From Ginglymostoma cirratum (taxonomy: Eukaryota), in assembly GCA_024137785.1 (NCBI GenBank), contig JAHRHZ010000144.1, positions 36,420,672 to 36,484,671 of the forward strand: a stretch of 64,000 nucleotides of DNA, read 5' to 3'. The notes under the pieces were generated by a model. It saw only the letters and a list, made by a program, of their open reading frames with translations, was not told the DNA's origin and did not search any database. This document shows, one piece after another, positions 24,801 to 39,800 of this stretch (positions are counted from its first letter, which is position 1; every line of letters begins with the position of its first letter). The position numbers and the translations under genes were made by a program.

Positions 24801-27800
24801 CATCTGTCAGATTGGATGTCCGGTTTAAATTAAACACTTGATAAAGAGAGAAAAAGAAAAAAATCAGTGAAATTCTTACCAGTCCCTACTCCACTCTCAC
24901 AAAACACTCTGAAGTGAATTTGCGAACCCTAGACTTGTAAAACAATCACTGAAAACAGAACAAGAAGAGAAATATTTACCTTGACCCAGTCATTAGGTCA
25001 GGCCAGAATTCAGACAATTCAAACTACCCAGCTTAAACAAAAACATTTTTTTATAAACCTCTGCAAACTCTTGACTAAGTTGGAAGAGGATCAATAATTG
25101 CATCAAAAAATTGTATCAGATGTTGCTGGGCCCAGAGTCCTATCTTTCAGTCCGCATTGTGACTACTTTGTCACCATTCTTGGGTATGTCTTATCATGGT
25201 TATAGAAAAGACAGGCCAGGACAGAGGTTAACAGGAACAGAAGTGTAGTTGTAATGTTACTGGGATGGTAAGAGGCTAGAGTCATGGCCCTGAATTTCCC
25301 CAGAGATGGGTGGTCCCAGTGCCAGAGCAGAAAGTGGAGCCCAAACGTGGGCATTGACCTAGGCACCAGAAATTAAAAGACACACCTTGCATAATGTTTC
25401 TCACTAATTGGGAAAGCTGTTCCACAGTCTTGCCAAGTAACAGTCTGATACAGGCATACACAGAGGGTCATGCGTTACAGCCAATGCCCAAGACTTCTCC
25501 ATTGTTTTCCAGTGATATGCCCTATCCACACCAACAGAGTAGACCCCTTGGAGGTGATGGCACAGTGATGTACAGTACTAAGCAGCCTTAAGGGTCATCA
25601 ATATTGACTCTGAACTGGATGGCATCAGACAATAATAGGCCATGAAACTTCCTGCTGCATCCGAACTTTGGCCTTCCCTCAACTAAAAAAATAGTATTCT
25701 TCCATACGGAACAGCAATTGCCGAATAGGGAAAACAGAATGCAACTGCAGCCTTGAGAAATCTCAAATTGTGCCATTGGTTACAAACTTCAGGACCTTCT
25801 GGCTGCTCTTAGAAAACACCACGAGACACATTTGAGTGCAAGTACCTCATGGACATATCTAGCTAGGATCAAATTAGTGTTTCATGCAAGTTTAACCACA
25901 CGTCCTTGCCTTTTGTATGTTTCACCCCATTGATAAAGTCCAGGACGCTGTACTCTTTATTAACCGTGTATTCAATCTGTCCAGGCACCTTCCCAAGGAT
26001 TTTTGTTCAAATAAACCCAGGTCCCTCTGCTCCTGCACTTTCTTTAATTTGTACTCTATCTTCTCTGTCCATTCTTCCTATCAAAGTGAATAAGCTCATA
26101 CTTCTTTGTTTGGAATTTCCTCTACCATTTGCCCATCCATTCCAAAAATCCTTGTACTTTTGAATTTCTACATGATCCTCACCAAGTTTCAAAGTTTAAC
26201 ATTGACTGCAAATTTTGAAATTGTGTTGCATACACTGAGGTATTCGTCATTTACGCCAAAAGAGCAGGCAGACCTCCTTCCACTCGATTTGATTCATCTG
26301 ATTCTCATTTACCTGCTCATATCCTTCCATTCTTACCACTCTCATTTACTTATCTAGTTTCCTACAACTGCACTTATGTTATTCACATTCTTTGCTGTGT
26401 AGACAGAAGAAATACCTTCCCGTGCATTGGGATTAAACAGAAGAGAGTCTTCTTTGTGCTGTCAAATTCAGTATCAACAATGAAGTATGTTGCACAAAAA
26501 CTGCTCAAATACACTTATTTTTCTACTCATTTGTGGGATGTGGGCATTGCTGGCTGGCCAGCATTTCTTGCCCATCCCTAGCTGCCCTTGAGAAGGTGGT
26601 GGTGAGCTGCCTTCTTGAACTGCTGCAGTCCATCAGCTGTAGGTTGACCCACAATGCCATTAGGGAGGGAATTCCAGGATTTTGACCCAATGACAGTGAA
26701 GGATCGGCAATATATTTCCAAGTCAGGATGGTGAGGGGCTTGGAGGGCAACTTGGAGGTGCTGCCCCTGTCCTTCTAGATGGATGTGGTTACTGGTTTGG
26801 AAGGTGCTGTCTGAGGGTCTTTGGTGAATTTGAGGACCTGATCTGATTCATCTTTGCAAATATGACATCTGACCTTGACTAAAAGTTAACATGACAATTG
26901 CTGTTGCTCTATTAAGGAGATTCCAAGGACATGGGTATTTCTGTTTACACTAGTGTCGCTTTCAGCATAGATATCTAAGGCGCCTACATTAGCTGCTAGA
27001 CTCCAATTCCTCCACTGTCAGATTTATAACAGTTCTTTCTGAGTAAATCTGAAGACAATATCTGTAGCATATTGAACATGCTTCACATGCTCTATAATAA
27101 AAACAGTTGTGCAATAACCCTGAGCAAGACATAATAAATTTTCATTTATTTTAGGTGCGTTGGTTTAAAGATGGTGTTGAAGTAAGAAAAGGTAAAAAAT
27201 ATGACATTGTTGCTAAAGGAGCAGAGAGAATGCTTATCATTCACAAGAGCAGCTTTGATGATGAAGCTGAATACGAATGTGATGCAAGAACAGCTAAAAC
27301 ATCTGGATTGCTTACAGTTTTAGGTAATCAATCGCATGGAGCATAATTGAAATACATTCAGAAATACATTTTTATTTATACATCTGTATTCATATACAAT
27401 GCTTTGTTTTGCAGAAGAGGATGCTTTCTTTACAAAGAACCTGGTAAATGCTGAAGTTATTGAAACAAACAATATTAAATTGATTTGTGAAGTTTCTAAA
27501 CCAAATGCTGAAGTCACTTGGTACAAGGGAGATAAAGAATTGCCTGAAATTGGTCGATATGAACAGCTTACAGATGGCAAAAAACGAATTTTAGTAATTC
27601 AGAACACTAATCCAGATGATGCTGGTGAATATAACTGCAGACTCCGAACTGCTCGGACTTCATGTGAACTTCAAGTTCATGGTATGTAACGTGATCAATT
27701 CTGATATGAGTTTGTTTTTACAGCCAGGCCTTAATGTTATCCAATGTAATTTATCCTCTTAATTTAATTGCAGAGTTGGCACCAGAGTTTATTTCTAGAC

Positions 27801-30800
27801 CACAAAATCTGGAGGTAGTAGAAGGAGACAAAGCAGAGTTTGTCTGTTCAGTATCAAAAGAGGCTTATGAAGTGAAATGGTTTAGAGGTGATAAAGAGCT
27901 GAAATCAGATGATAAATATGAAATCATATCTGATGGCAAAAAGCGAGTGCTCGTTATAAAGGACTCCATACCAAAGGATGAAGGAACTTATGCTGCCATG
28001 GTTGGTACCTCAAGAGCACCAGCAGAACTGACAGTTATTGGTAGGTCGTACAAACTAAATTGTTTGCATATAAAAGCTAGCATGAAAACTGACAGCAAAT
28101 TAAGCATTGTATGCACCCCGTCAAATTACATTGACTCTTGCTGAAAAGAGAGACAAGTTGTCAAATCTATTCATCTTGCACCCATCAGGACAAAAGCAAG
28201 AATGGGGAAGTTTCAAATGGCCATAATAACTAATACCACAGAAGAAAAGGAACTCCTGTACATAAAGATTTTAACTCCTGTCATATCACAAAATTGTTAT
28301 GGCCATTCAGCCCATCATGCCTGCACTGGATCTTTAACCTAGCCCCAATCCCCTGATGTTTTTCCCTCATACCCATACATTCTATTTCTGTCCAAATAAT
28401 CACCTTGCAAAAGGTAGAACGGTAATGTCTGGGATGGTTGACATTGCTGCCAGTTCATTAGCTCCACCAAGTCTCCTGCTGAGTTGCTTAGACATTTGTC
28501 CAAAACAGGCTGAAGTAACCATTTCCGATGGGGATTGGTTAATTCAGTTAGCTAGATGGCTGGTAATTAGTTTAGAAAAATACCAACAACGTGGGTTCCA
28601 TTTCCATTCCTCTGGTGGTAGACTTGGAACCTGCCTCATCACCCGGTCCCTGATAATGAAAGGAAACGGCAAGCCACCACTGACAAAAAGCGCCATAAGA
28701 TTGGCTCAGGATAAAGCATCAGCAGATGAGCTCAGGGCTTCGTTTTGGCAGAGCAATCACGTCAGGACAATTTCACACACAGAATTATAATTTAATTTCA
28801 CTGCCTGAAGGGCAGTATTGTGAAGCACACTCTGCTCAATTTTCTCTGCAGCCTAGCAAAAGATGGCCAGGACATATTTTAGTCATACTCCTGTAGCTAC
28901 ACATAACCCAACCCCTCCCCTCGACATTTCTCTACACCCTGGCCAACTTGTTCCCGGCTGGATTGTTAACAGACCGAGTGCCCAAACCTTGTGATCTGCA
29001 GTGGGATAGCTATTTAGGGTTTTCTATAATCACTGTATACATCTTAATAAAATTGAGTCCTGGAAGTGAACACAATCAGATTCATGTAGATGTTTACAAC
29101 ACAGGGGGAGGCCATTCAGCCCATGGTATCTGTGCTGATCAGCAAAGACCTGATTACACTAATCTCATTTTCCAGCTCTCAGCCCACAGCGCTGAAGGCA
29201 GTGGCAATGTAAGCGAATATCACAATACTGCTGGCCAGACAATTTTTATATTTGGTCATGGGTATCGCTGGCTGGACCAGCATTTATTGCCCATCCCTCA
29301 CTGCCCTATTTGAAGAAGGTGGTGAGCTGCTTTCTTTAACTGCTATGGGCCTTGCATTGTCGGGATGTCCATAGCGCCATTAGGAAAGGAATTTCAGGAT
29401 TTTGACCTAACTACAGTCAACTGCAAGGTTTCTGAAATCTTCTTCAATGTAAAACTTCCAGCTTTGTGGAAGTATTCTTTAAGGTGTTCTTTCCCCTTCA
29501 TTGCCTTGTGAATAATTCAAGATATGCAAACATCTAGCAAGCATGTCTGTTTTAATTTTAACCAAAAGAGCTGCGGATGCTGGAAATCAGAAGCAAAAAC
29601 CGAAATTGCTGGAAAAACTCAGCAGGTCTGCCAGCATCTGTGGAGAGAAATCAGAGTTAACGTTTTGGATCCAGTGATCCTTCCACAGAACTCAGTTGCA
29701 TCCAAAGATGCTGCCAGACCTGCTGAGCTTTTCCAGCATTTTCGGTTTTTGTTTCTGTTTCTGCAAATGGGAATTAATGGGTTAAGGTAAGCAGGAGGTT
29801 TCTTGTCATGTTTTTTTTATTGTATTTGGTATTGAAAATTAATTTCAGTTTTGAATATGACCCATCCTAGCCCATGTTGGGAAATATCACTTCGATTACT
29901 AATGTGACTTACCCTTAATGTTAACATTGAGGGAATAATTGCTTTTTACAAGTAGGTAACTACATGTAAATATATTTAAACTGAAACTTATTGTTCTGAA
30001 TAAACTTGTTTTCTTTCTCAGAACGTCTTAGGATAATAACTCCTATCAAAGACCAGGTAGCCACAGAAGGACAAGAAATTGTATTTAATTGTGAAGTGAA
30101 CACCGAAGGTGCCAGAGCCAAGTGGTTTAAAAATGAAGAAACTATCTTTGATAGTCCAAAATATATTATGCTCCAGAAAGATTTAGTCTTTACTCTCAGA
30201 ATCAGAAATTCACTGAACGATGATCAAGGAAAGTACACCATTGCACTCACAAATAATAGAGGAGAACATGCACAATGTTCAGCAACATTACAAATAGAAG
30301 GTAAATACTTTTCCTTGAATGTTAGGCAGCTGTACAAACATAGTGCAAGTAAAGTGGTGTAAATATTTTCCTCTTTTCTTCTAATTTAACCAGAGGAAGA
30401 ACTGAAAATCATTGAGCCTCTTGAAGATTGTGAAACAATGGAGAAGAAGTCTGTCACCTTCTGCTGCAAAGTGAACCGTGAAAATGCGACCTTAAAATGG
30501 ATGAAAAATGGGGAAGAAATTACATTGGACAAACGATTTCTGTACAAAATTGACAAGAGAAAGCATTCTCTTCTAATTAGAAACTGCACATTCAAAGACG
30601 AAGGCGAATACACTGTAATTGCTGGAAAAGACAAATCAGTTGCAGAACTTCTTATCACAGAAGCACCAACAGATTTCATCGAACATATTCAAGATCAGAC
30701 TGTAATTGAGTTTGAAGATGCTATCTTTGAATGTCAATTATCGAAAGAAAAGGCTGCAGTAAAATGGTACAGGAATGGCAGAGAACTCAGAGAAAACAAA

Positions 30801-33800
30801 AAGTATGTGTCAGTTTATTTTCTTTGTTAAAACAAAAACTGTCATTCATCAAAGTTTCATATAGAACACATGTATCTATCATAATCTTGTTATATTGCCA
30901 GGTATCAGTTTGAAAAAGATGGTAGTTTGCACAGACTTATTATAAGGGAATGTCGACCAGAAGATGAGTGTGAATATTCCTGTGGTGTTGAAGAAAGACG
31001 TTCAAGGGCTCGACTATTTGTTGAAGGCAAGTACTGATTCAGAAAAACAAGTGTACTGCACCAATTTTTAAAAATCAGAAAATGCAAGGCTAGTTGTTAT
31101 TTTTCTCTTTCCAGAAATCCCAGTTGAGATCATCAGACCGCCACTAGATATTTTTGAGGCCCCGGAATCAGATGTTATTTTTGAAGCTGAATTAAACAAA
31201 GACAAAGTTGATGTCAAATGGCTGAGAAATAATATGATAATTGTTCAGGGTGATAAACATCAAATGATGAGTGAAGGAAAGGTCCATCGTTTGCAGGTTT
31301 GCAACATTAAACCACGTGATCAGGGTGAATACAGATTCGTTGCCAAGGATAAAGATGCGAGAGCTAAACTGGAACTTGCAGGTATGTTAGTTTGAACACT
31401 TTGAGCATTCTTGAGAAATATTTCATTTTCTATCACTGTTTACACTCCAGAGATTTGACATATATTTGACTTTTCAATCTTCTCATTATAGCGGTGCCCG
31501 TAATCCAGGTGACAGATCTGAACCTTGTAATTGATGCTGGAAAACCATTCACAATGACACTTCCATATGATTCTTACCCACGAGGTGAAGCTGAATGGTT
31601 CAGGGAAGACAGTACCACTTCTGATTATATCAGTCTGCCCAAACAGAACATTAACACAACTGCAGATACCACTAATTATAGACTTTTTGATCCAAAGAAA
31701 ACTGACAGAGGAAGATACAAAATTATTATTCGTAATAAACATGGAAAGGGTGAAGCATTTATAAACCTGGATGTCATTGGTAAGCATTCGTTGTTATGCA
31801 TACATTATATAATTATTGTGCTAGAAAACATTTTCTTAAAATACCTTCTAAAATGCATTTCCTAAAATAATAACTTCTTGGACGATTTACAGACGTGCCA
31901 GGCCCAGTCCAGAATTTGAAAGTTATAGATACTAGTGATGGTGAGGTCAGTCTCGCTTGGGATGAACCTGAGACTGATGGCGGCAGCAGAATCATTGGCT
32001 ATGTTGTGGAACGTCGTGATGTATTGCGCAAAACGTGGACCTTAGCTACTGATCATGCAGACAATACTGAATTTACAGTGACTGGTCTCCAAAAAGGAGT
32101 AGAGTATCTATTCCGCGTCAGTGCAAGGAACAGAATAGGTACCGGTGAACCTGTGGAAACTGAGACACCCGTTGAAGCTAAGAATAAGTTTGGTAAGTAC
32201 CTAACCATATTCCATTACTAGCTTAAATTATTGACTCCAAATCATTTCTGTGGATCAGTACACAAGATAACAAAAAGTGTCCTTTTCTATCAGATGTACC
32301 TGATGCACCATTGAATGTCCAAGTGAAAGATGTGAACAAATTTGGTGCCACCATTACTTGGGAACCACCAGAATATGACGGAGGGGCAGAAATCACTAAT
32401 TATGTTATTGAATTACGCGACCGAACCTCTGTCAAATGGGAACCAGCCATGACTACCAAAGCCGATGAACTCACTGCTCAGCTGAATGATGTAGTCGAAA
32501 ACAGAGAATATATATTCCGTGTCAGAGCAGAAAACAAAGCAGGCGTAGGAAAACCCAGCCCAGCTTCACGTCCTGTGAAGATCATGGATCCAATATGTTA
32601 GTATCTTTTCAAAAATGTGTTTTTGTAAGAAATGCTTTCCAGTTTTTAAATCAGTACATTTACGAACTGATTTTCCTTCTGTAGCCAAGCCAAGTCCCCC
32701 CATTGAATTTGCCTCATCAAATCAAACAAAAGAATCTGTGCAGTTGAAATGGGAGCCTCCACTTAAAGATGGGGGAAGTCCAGTACTGGGCTACATCATC
32801 GAGCGACGTGAAGAAGACTCAGACAAATGGACTCCCTGTAACATAAGACTTGTTCCTGAAACAACATTCAAGGTTATTAGCTTTTTTTGAATCGATAAAC
32901 ACATTAGCTTTGACTTACTGAGGGCTAAAGGCAACTGTTGGTCCAGTGTAATTTTAGGACACAATTCAGTGATTGTCAGCTGCTGTTAAACACTGGTCCC
33001 TCAACACCTCTTCTTCCCAGATTTCTGACACATGTAACTGTGCATTGATCTGTAGCTGCAACATCGTACATAGCATTGGCCTAACTGATAGGTCATATGG
33101 GTGTTTTGGAATCAAGAATAAGCTTCCTCTTTACATGATTATGCATAAGACAACATTTGCTTCATTTAATCTTGCAGAGTAATATGTGGAATTTAAAAAT
33201 AAGTTGTTCTTCGGCTGTGAATAACCTCATTGATCATTTCCTTTGCACATCCCTGTTTGCTAAGATGGTAGTGAATCAACCAGATGATGTAGGACAAGTG
33301 TGATATTTAGGCCAGACCAAGTTTGGGTTTCAGGAAATCATTTAAGTAGGAATGCAAATTTGCAGGATTTTCTGTACAATGGATGTAGGTCAGAGAACTT
33401 TGAGTAAGTTGAGGTTTGTCAAGCATGGACTTCAGCGGCCTGGTGAAGAAATGCGGCCCTGGTGTATTAAAAGTACTTGCAACAATTTTATTAGTGATAG
33501 AGGGTATTAAAGAAGATGAGATAGGAATCAGACTGCAGACTCCAAGTGGAAGTGAGTGAATGTTGAAATAGACAAAGATTTGAATATTGATAACGTTCGA
33601 AGAATGAATGGAATTATAAAGATGATGGGGAAGGTTCAGCAGAGTCAAACTTAGGCTTTTAAGATGAGTTTTGCTAGATACGTATGAGTCTTCAACATAT
33701 ATGGCCTTATACTTGCTGATGGCTGGGAAAAATGTTCTAAGAATACTAGTACTTTTTTTGATATTGCATCTGTTTTAATTTTTGACATTACAGGTTACTG

Positions 33801-36800
33801 GTCTGAAGAAAGGAGTAAAATATTATTATAGGGTATCTGCTGAGAATGCAGCAGGGGTTTCAGATCCTGCTGATACTCTTGGACCACTTACAGCTGATGA
33901 TCCTCATGGTAATGAATCTCCTTTTCTAAATAAGAATACATTTCAGGCTACGAAACTGAGTTTCTTTTTAAATTATGACAGCTTGTGTAACTTTTTAAGA
34001 TGGCTTACATTTTCTATTTTAGTGGCTCCTACCTTTGACTTGAGAGCATTCAAAGATGGGCTTGAGGTCATTGTTCCAGAACCATTGAAGATTCGTATTC
34101 CTATCTCTGGCTACCCCACACCCATCGCAAAATGGGCTTTCAACGATAAACCTCTTGAAAGCAACGATCGTGTGAAGATGGAGACAACTGCAACATATAC
34201 ACAACTGTTCATTTCTCCCAGTGAGCGTCCCGACAAGGGACTGTATAAATTGACACTGGAAAATGATGTGTCATCTGTCACGGGAGAAATTGATGTAAAT
34301 GTAATTCGTAAGTATCTGAATATTTTCAGAACACAATACTCTATTCATTTCAAAATGATTCTACAGGAGCTTCCACATATAGTAAATCTTTAACATTTAA
34401 ACATTCCAACATGAAAGTTCAAAGAAGTAAATGAAAATATAATCAAAGAGATGAGTTAGCGGAGGTTTTCAAAGATGGAACAGAGAAGCAGAGATACAGC
34501 CTAAAGTGGATTAAGAGAAGAAAGAAGTTAGTGACAAGGATTTGAGCATAAAACAATAAAGCTGTAAGGTATAATATACTTTGTTGTTACAACTTCACAG
34601 AGCGCCCAAGTGCACCAAATGACTTTAAAGTGTCAGAAATTGGTAGAAATACAGTACGCTTGGTCTGGGAGCTACCAGATGATGATGGTGGAAGTCCAAT
34701 CACTGGATATCTTATTGAAAAACGTGAAATTAACCGCAAGACCTGGACCAAAGTAAGTCATGAACTGTGCTAATCACAAATTTACCTTTGATGTGAACCC
34801 ATAAGTATCAAGCTAATGGTTCAAAAATTGTAAGCTTTTTTCATTAATGTTATGAATTTAGGCTGCAAACAAAGTAATTGTTACCTCCCAGGAAAAATAA
34901 TGTTGTAATCCAGAAGTGCACAAATTGAGATATTGATGGAAACAAGCAAGAATAGATCTACTCAGATGTCAGTTCACGGGTAGCTCCATTATTGCTATGT
35001 CAGCTTTACCCATTGCAATATTGAGGTCAATCATGTGTCAGTACCTTTCTGTACATAAGGCTTCAGTGCAGATTTAAGCATTTTTATTCAAATTCATTTT
35101 TGAAATTTTCTGTTTTCTTTCTGAGCCTTGTTCTGCTTTCTTTCCTTGGAAATACTCACTTTGCTGGCACTACAGAGAAAGAGAGAGAGAAAGAAGTTTG
35201 TTAGGTCTATATCCTCTTAAGTTTGTTCGAGAATTTCCAATATTCTTCATTTCAGCCAGTGTTGCGCCTATAATCGGGTAAATCTCAAAGTGAGGTAGGA
35301 GGGGCTGTTAACAGCTTACTTGCATCAATTTCCTGTCCATCTAATGGAAAGGTGCTTGATGACACTGGCTTGTATTCCACACTGAAATTAAAATGGTGTC
35401 AGCAGTTCAAACAGTAAAATCAGAGACTATCCTTGCCCCTTATTGAATCTTTGGTCTGGAATTCTTCTGTAGCTGTACACCAATACCCCTCAAGGGCCAG
35501 TACTAGGTTTGCAGTTATTACTACCCGGAAAGCAACAGTGGCTGTTCAATCTATTGTACATCATCTACGGAGGAAGAAAGTAGGATTTGGCTGTATTTGA
35601 CAGGAGCAATAGCAATATTTCTATTAATGTTTATTAATGTTTGTTATGTTTCTGATGATTCATCATATTTTGTGCTTTCTAGGTAATTGATCGACTGCAA
35701 GATTTAGAATTCTCTGTCCCAGACCTCTTCCAAGGAAAAGACTATCTGTTTAAAGTTGCTGCCTGTAACAAATGCGGCCCAGGGGAACCTGCATATATTG
35801 ATGAACCTGTTAATGTGTCTGCACCAGCAAGTAAGTATTCATCATATATACTGAATCTTAAAGTACTTTTTTTTGGAAATGGAGTCAAATAGATCAATTT
35901 GGTTTCATTTTAAATGCATGCAATACAGTTCCTCTTGAAATATTTCATAGTGCACCACTACTCCCATGCTAAAATATATTATGTTGATAAATTCATAGAG
36001 AAACAAGCCGCGATCGTTCCAAGTGATTCAATAAGCAATTATATGTAAGAGCTATCAAGTGATTTATGTTGAAGATATTACTTTACCCATTCTCTATATT
36101 TAATCCCTAACCTGGATTGCCTCTCGTCTTTATCAGTTACTATCTCTGTGGGGTGGTACCTTGGAGAACCCTGGGTTCCTCAGTGCTAGGATGGAACTTC
36201 CATCATGTCCTTATTTTACCATTTTGGACTCCTTTCCTTGCTTGTTTACATCTTTGTCTCTGCAGATATCTATCAGGAAGCCAGTCAAATGATCCTCAAA
36301 ACGCTTCAGCACTTGTAACAGTCCCTTGAATTGTGGCAGTATTCCCACCATGAACCTACTATAATCTCATTCAGGAAATTAGTTTTGGGTTCCAGTGGTG
36401 ATGATGGATGGAACAAAAGCCATACCTCACCGGAACACCGACACTGGAAGGACAATCCCATCCTTTATTTCGGGTGGCCTGGTGGCTCAGTGGTTAGCAC
36501 TGCTGCCTCATAGCACCAGGGACCTGGGTTCAATCCCAGCTTGGGTGACTGACTGTGTAGAGTTTGCATGGTTTCCCCAGGTCAGCCTGGGTTTGCTCCC
36601 ACAGTCCAGAGATGTGCAGGTTAGCTGGACTGACTATGCTAAATTGCCCATAGTGTCCAGGGATGATCAGGTTAGGTGGATTATACATGGGAAATGTAGG
36701 GTTACTGGGATAAGGTTGGGGGAGTGGGTCTGGGTAGGATGGTCTTCGGAGGGTCAGTGTGACTCAGTGGGCCAAATGGCCTGCTTCCACATGGTAGGGG

Positions 36801-39800
36801 TTCTAATTAAATTGAATTTTGTCATTTATATAAATGATTTGGATGTAAACATAGGAGGTATGGTTAGTTTGCAGATGACACTAAAATTGGAGGGGTAGTA
36901 GACAGCGAAGAAGGTTACCTCTGAGTACAATGGGATCTTGATCAGATGAGCCAATGGGCTGAGGAGTGGCAGATGGAGGTTAATTTAGATAAATATTAGG
37001 TGCTGCATTTTGGGAAGGCAAATCAGGGCAGGACTTATACTCTTAATGGTAAGGTCCTGGGGCATGTTGCTGAACAAAGAAACCTTGGAGAGCAGGTTCA
37101 TAGTTCCTTGAAAGTGGAATCGTAGGTAGACGGGATAGTGAAGAAGGTGTTTGGTATGTTTGTCTTTATTGGTCAGTGCGTAGAGTATAGGAGCTGGGAG
37201 GACATGTTGCAGCTGTACAGGACATGGGGTAGGCCACTATTGGAGTATCACATGCAATTCTGGTCACCCTCTGATAGGAAGCATGTTGTGAAACAAGAAA
37301 GGGTTCAGAAAAGATTTACAAAGATATTGCCAGGTTTGGAGCATTTGAGCTACAGGGAGAGGCTGAATAGTTGGGGCTATTTTGCCTGATGCATCGGAGG
37401 GTGAGGGGTGACCTCATAGAGGTTTATAACATCATGACGGGCATGGATAAGTCAAATAGACGAGGCCTTTTCTCCTGGGGTAGTGGAGTCCAAAACTAGA
37501 GGGCATAGGTTTAAGGTGAGAAGGGAAAGACATAAAAGGGACCTCGGGGACAATATTTTCACGCAGAGGGTGGTGCACGTATGGAATGAGCTGCCACAGG
37601 AAGTGGGGATGGCTGTTACAATTACAACATTTAAAAGACATCTGAATGGGTATATGAATAGGAAGGGTTTAGAGGCATATGGGCCAAATGCTGGCAAATG
37701 GGACTAGCTTTATATAGGATATCTGGTTGGCATGGACAAGTTGGACCAAAGGGTCTATTTCCGTGTTGTATATTTCTATGACTCCAAATGACCTGTTTTA
37801 TCATTAATTATACATTGATTTAGATCCAAATAAGTATGCTTTAATTATGTTTTTGACATTTTTGAACTCAAGATTTTCATTTGTAATTCTACGTTATAGC
37901 TGTTCCAGATCCACCAGAAAATGTTAGATGGAGAAATCCATCTGCCAGTGGAATTACCCTTACATGGGAACCACCAAAATATGATGGGGGGTCAAGAATT
38001 AAAGGATATTTAGTAGAAAAGTGCCAACGTGGTGCTGAAAAGTGGGAGCCATGTGGAGATCCAGTTAATGAATTGAGGTTAGTTACATACCTACTTTTCG
38101 AGTATTTGCTATAAATGGTACATCATAAATGCTAAAACTGGTCATTTTGTTGAATAGGTTCGAAGTGAAAAATCTCAATGAAGGGGAATGGTATTCTTAC
38201 CGTGTTAAAGCCTTGAACAGACAAGGTGCCAGCAAACCAAGTAAACCCACAGATGATATACAAGCAATTGATCCAAAAGGTACATTATTCTTGAGCTAAA
38301 TTATTTTTTCATAACACATTTTTGCTAAACCTAAGCTTTATTAAAAGATTACAATTCTGCTGTATCATCAGATTTAATTCACAAATATGCACATTATGTT
38401 AAGCATTGCCAATTTTGCAAATTGAGCTAGTCTGTAAGAAAATAGAACAAGTAATTAAGTGACTTATTGTAATGAATACTCTTACAGCTGAATTGCTTTG
38501 TTAAATCAAGTGGGATTATGCAACTACACAGAATCTCATAGACAATTCTAATTTGCTGATTAATTTATATTAATAACTGGGGACTTGGAAGAGCCACAAA
38601 TCAGGTGCACAATTTTCATGCATGATTCTACAACCAACAATCGATCAAATGTGGTTTCACAACAGAAGCAAAGTTTAACTGAATTAAACCTGTAATTTCC
38701 CTTTAATATGCATCATGTTTGAACTAAATTAATAACATGCTTTTTCTTTCCTCAACAGAGGCTCCAGAGATCCATCTTGATGTTAAACTGCTTGCTGGCA
38801 TTACTGTGAAAGCTGGAACAAAGATTGAGCTCCCAGCTTTTATCTCTGGCAAACCTGAACCTAGAATTACTTGGACAAAAGCTGATTACATTCTGAAGCC
38901 TGACGACAGAATAACAATTGAGACCAAACCTGGTCATTCCACTGTGACAATCACAAATACCACAAGGAGCGACAGTGGTCCCTATATTATCGAGGCAGTA
39001 AACACTAGCGGCCGTGCCACTGCTGTTGTTGAAGTCAATATCCTAGGTAGCTAAAATGCTCTTACTAAACTTATCTTATTCTTGCAATAAGTAAATTCAC
39101 TCAAACTCATATTACTTCTTTTATCTACAGACAAACCTGGACCACCAGCTGCATTTGATATCACTGATATCACAAATGAGAGCTGCGTCTTGACATGGAA
39201 TCCACCTAGAGATGATGGTGGTTCACACATTACCAATTATATTGTGGAATGTAAAGCAGGGACTAGTGAAATATGGAACAAGCTGTCATCAACTATTAAA
39301 GAAACTAAATTCAAAGCAACACACCTCACACCATTAAAAGAATATACATTCAGAGTCCGTGCTGAAAACATGTATGGCATCGGAGAACCAGCTCAGCATG
39401 CTCCAATTATTGCTAAATATGCTTTTGGTATGGAAGAAGATTATTTTTACATCATAATTCTAACATTTGTTACATAATTTTTACATAATATGCTGTTTAG
39501 ATTTTCTAAAAACCCTTGGAAATATGATTGTATATTAGATCCACCTGGTCCTCCAACACGTCTGCAAGGCTCAGATATTGCCAAGGATTCATTGACATTG
39601 ACATGGTCCGAACCAGAGGATGATGGTGGTAGCCCAATCACTGGATATTATGTTGAAAGATATGATCCAGAAACTGACAAATGGGTTAAATGCAACAAGA
39701 TACCTGTTAAAGACACAAATTTCAGGTATTTATGACAATGTCAATTTATAAATGAACCACGTTTTGGAAAGTTCAGCAATATGTTCTGATATCTGTGATA

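Noticed and set aside
28356-29313. Intronic ORFs of 121-144 aa
   Set aside because: They overlap SINE/LINE-like remnants and show no domain-like composition or usable splice structure.
36472-36545. tRNA gene
   Set aside because: The A/B boxes run directly into a SINE body and tail, so this is a SINE head.
36815-37785. Functional reverse transcriptase gene
   Set aside because: It is 5'-truncated and has multiple stops and frameshifts.
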